In this document: in pieces, positions 61,571 through 64,000 of the stretch | How positions within the stretch are numbered: the stretch's first letter is position 1 | How the letters are laid out: each line of letters opens with the position of its first letter | NCBI RefSeq assembly: GCF_964213995.1 | Contig: NC_135818.1 | Span: 69,564,001-69,628,000, forward strand | From: Mustelus asterias | Taxonomy: Eukaryota | Reading direction: 5' to 3' | Length of the DNA stretch: 64,000 bases | Program-made: the position numbers and the translations under genes | The notes under the pieces: model-generated | Database searches by the model: none | What the model saw: the letters and a program-made list of their open reading frames with translations, nothing else | Told to the model about the DNA's origin: nothing

Positions 61571-61609
61571 ACTGGCATCCAGTACACTCTTCTCTGGTCA
61601 AGCAGAAAG
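61571..61609 (+). CDS. UNC79: UNC79 39-nt exon (last in window)
   Basis: CTGAC branch-like motif, TTTCAG acceptor, GTATTT donor; RLASSTLFSGQAE, similar to recalled human RLASSTTFSNQAES. Confidence 0.9.
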
Positions 61610-63777
61610 GTATTTACTTGCCTTCGTTCTTACAATAATGTATGCAAAAATAATTCAGTTATGTTTTCGCTGTTGGTTGCAAAGTATTTCTATCTTAAAG
61701 CTATCCCTTTTACTAAATTGGTTTTGCTCCTTAGCTGTTTATTCTATGCCTTTTTTCAGTCTTCAATTCCCATGGGTGAGGGACATTCCAGAGTCATTGG
61801 TCTTCATTGATCATTAGTTTTCACGAATGCTGCTGTTTCAACCAGCAGTAACAAAAATGGCAGTGATTTAGCTGACTGGCTATCTTCTACCACCAAGCCA
61901 GGAGGTCAATCCTGGTTCAATGAAGAGTGTAGGACGGCATGCCAGGCGCAACACCAGGCATACTTAAAAATGTGGTGTCAACCTGGTGAAGCCATAACAC
62001 CTGCATGCCAAACAGCATAAGCAGCAAGTAATAGATGCCAACGGATCAGATCTAAGCTCTGCAATCCTGCCACATCCAGCCGTGAATGATGATGGTCAAT
62101 TAAGCATCTCACTGGAGGCGGGGTACATCCGAATGGCAGACAGCACTGTGTCACCAACCTTGAGCTGCCTTCTTGGGTCTTCAGGGATTCTTCTGAGCAC
62201 TCTTTGATTACTAGGGCTACGCCCAAGCACACTTCACTTAAAGTCTGTTAAATACAGCCCTTTTCCCTAATTGGAACCTGTTTCTCTTGGCCACTAAATG
62301 AGCTATTAAGGGCCATTTTCTGCCTAGCCTCGATTTTAAGGCTGACTAGCACCCGATGACTGAGGGTGGGAAACTGAAAATGTTTTGGGGGGGGGGCTCA
62401 ATCCCAAGGCCCCTTCAGACTGGGGGTACCCTCCCCTTGGACCTGTTGGCTCCTGTTCATCCCTCCCAACCTACCAGGATTGCCTCCTTCCTGGCTCACT
62501 GAAATCGCCCCCTTCCTGGTCCCTTCAGGGCCCTCCCCGGGACCCCTGATTCATTTGAAGTGCGGTCCTGGTCCTTAGTCTCAGGCATAGCACTGCAGTA
62601 CCACCTCTGGCCACTGCAGCACTGTGCCTGGTAGGCTGATTGGCCAACAACTCTCCAAGGCGGGACTTCTGTCCAAGTGCAGAAAAGATTGCGCTCTTGC
62701 CATCCTAAAAATTCAGGCCATGGAGTTCCTGAAAAGACAGGTAAGGATTTGAGTGAAAATAGAAAATGCTGGCAAATCTCAGCATATGTGGAGAGAGAAT
62801 AAAGCGTCAGAGCTGAAGACAACAGAATATAGGATGATAATCATACTGTTAGGATTGGGGGGGAGGGGGGTGGGATTGACAAAGATGTCATTGACAAAAG
62901 GACAAGGGAAATGTAACTGGTGGTGGTTGTGGCTAAGAAAGGTGCTCATAGTGGCCACCCTGACAATTCAGGCCATGGAGTTTCAGGAAAGACAGGTACA
63001 GATTTGAATGGTCATATATTCAAGGACTTTAGAGAGTATTGGAGGCTGGAGATGGGGCAGTAGCTTACAACAAAGCTCGTGTCAAGAGTTGGCTTTTCTG
63101 AGGAGAAGGGAACCTGATAACAGATTTAAAGAGATGAAAAGCAACTGAAGAAAGAGAACCCTGAATAAAATCACCAAACAATGAGGACCAGCGGGGAAAT
63201 TGATTGCTCAGTAGGTTAGTGGGAATAGAGGCAAAGAAGCAGGGTGTGGGCCTTTTGTTAAGATGAGCATGGAGAGAGCATGATGGGAGACAGGAAAGAA
63301 ACAAGAGAAATATACAACTCAGATAGTCATGCAGTTAAGGATAGAACTGGAACCTACAACTTTATACACTTGCAACCTTTTATTTACAGAGATGCAAATT
63401 ACATATCTTGCACCTCCAATTGAACCACCTCAGTTTTAGCCTGCTGTTATAAATATAAGCTTGAGTGAGACCCCAGTTAATACCAATTGCACAAAGTTAA
63501 ACTCCTAATTAATATGCATTTAACACTTTGTACCTATTCTCGGTCTGCTGAGACCTTTGCACCACTTATTCTGCTGACCCAGTTGTGAATAGCTAATTTA
63601 TTACAGATGCTGGATTAAACCTAGGAAATGCATTAGCTATATGATTCATTGTAGGCGTGCGATGTTCTCTTGTGGAGAAATTAAGGTCTTTGATTTCATG
63701 TAACATGCTTTCTGTGTCAGAAATTGTGCCAGTGTGCCGAAATCTGGCACTATTATCCAATTTATTTCTAAACGATA

Positions 63778-63967
63778 GTAAGAAGTCTCACAACACCAGG
63801 TTAAAGTCCAACAGGTTTATTTGGTAGCACAAGCTTTTGGAGTGTTGCTCCTTCTTCAGGTGAGTGAAGAGTTGTGTTCACAAACAATGCATGCATAGAC
63901 ACAGACTCAATTTACAAGATAATGGTTGGAATGCGAGTCATTATCTTGTAAATTGAGTCTCCACATC
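63778..63967 (-). mobile_element. Penelope-like insertion with inverted end and 14-bp TSD
   Basis: Matches 29681-29840 terminal repeat; TSD ATTTCTAAACGATA at 63764-63777 and 63968-63981; perfect 22-bp inverted repeat 63903-63924 / 63939-63960. Confidence 0.85.
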
Positions 63968-64000
63968 ATTTCTAAACGATAACAATGCGTGGTGTGTATT

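Overview
Eukaryotic (vertebrate) genomic DNA, most likely a shark: it carries HE1/V-SINE-type SINEs, DeuSINE, CR1/HER1-like, RTE, Rex1, L2 and Penelope-like elements. The window holds 17 internal coding exons (951-61609, + strand, about 3.5 kb of CDS, splice phases consistent throughout) of UNC79, the NALCN channelosome subunit. The start and end of the gene lie outside the window. The introns are mostly transposon-derived. Main observations: (1) a ~310-bp retroposed element with a U2 snRNA 5' head, a second U2 fragment, two covarying hairpins and a short poly(A), inserted into a SINE, with an older relative ~600 bp away; this is a candidate U2-headed SINE / Keno-like non-autonomous family. 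(2) An ~8-kb strand-polarised degenerate satellite built on TTGACAG inside one intron. (3) Penelope-type minimal hammerhead ribozyme motifs, with intact cores only antisense to the gene. (4) A 42-bp C2H2 zinc-finger gene fragment patched into a SINE. All calls were made by eye; family names come from recalled motifs, not database searches, and repeat boundaries are approximate.
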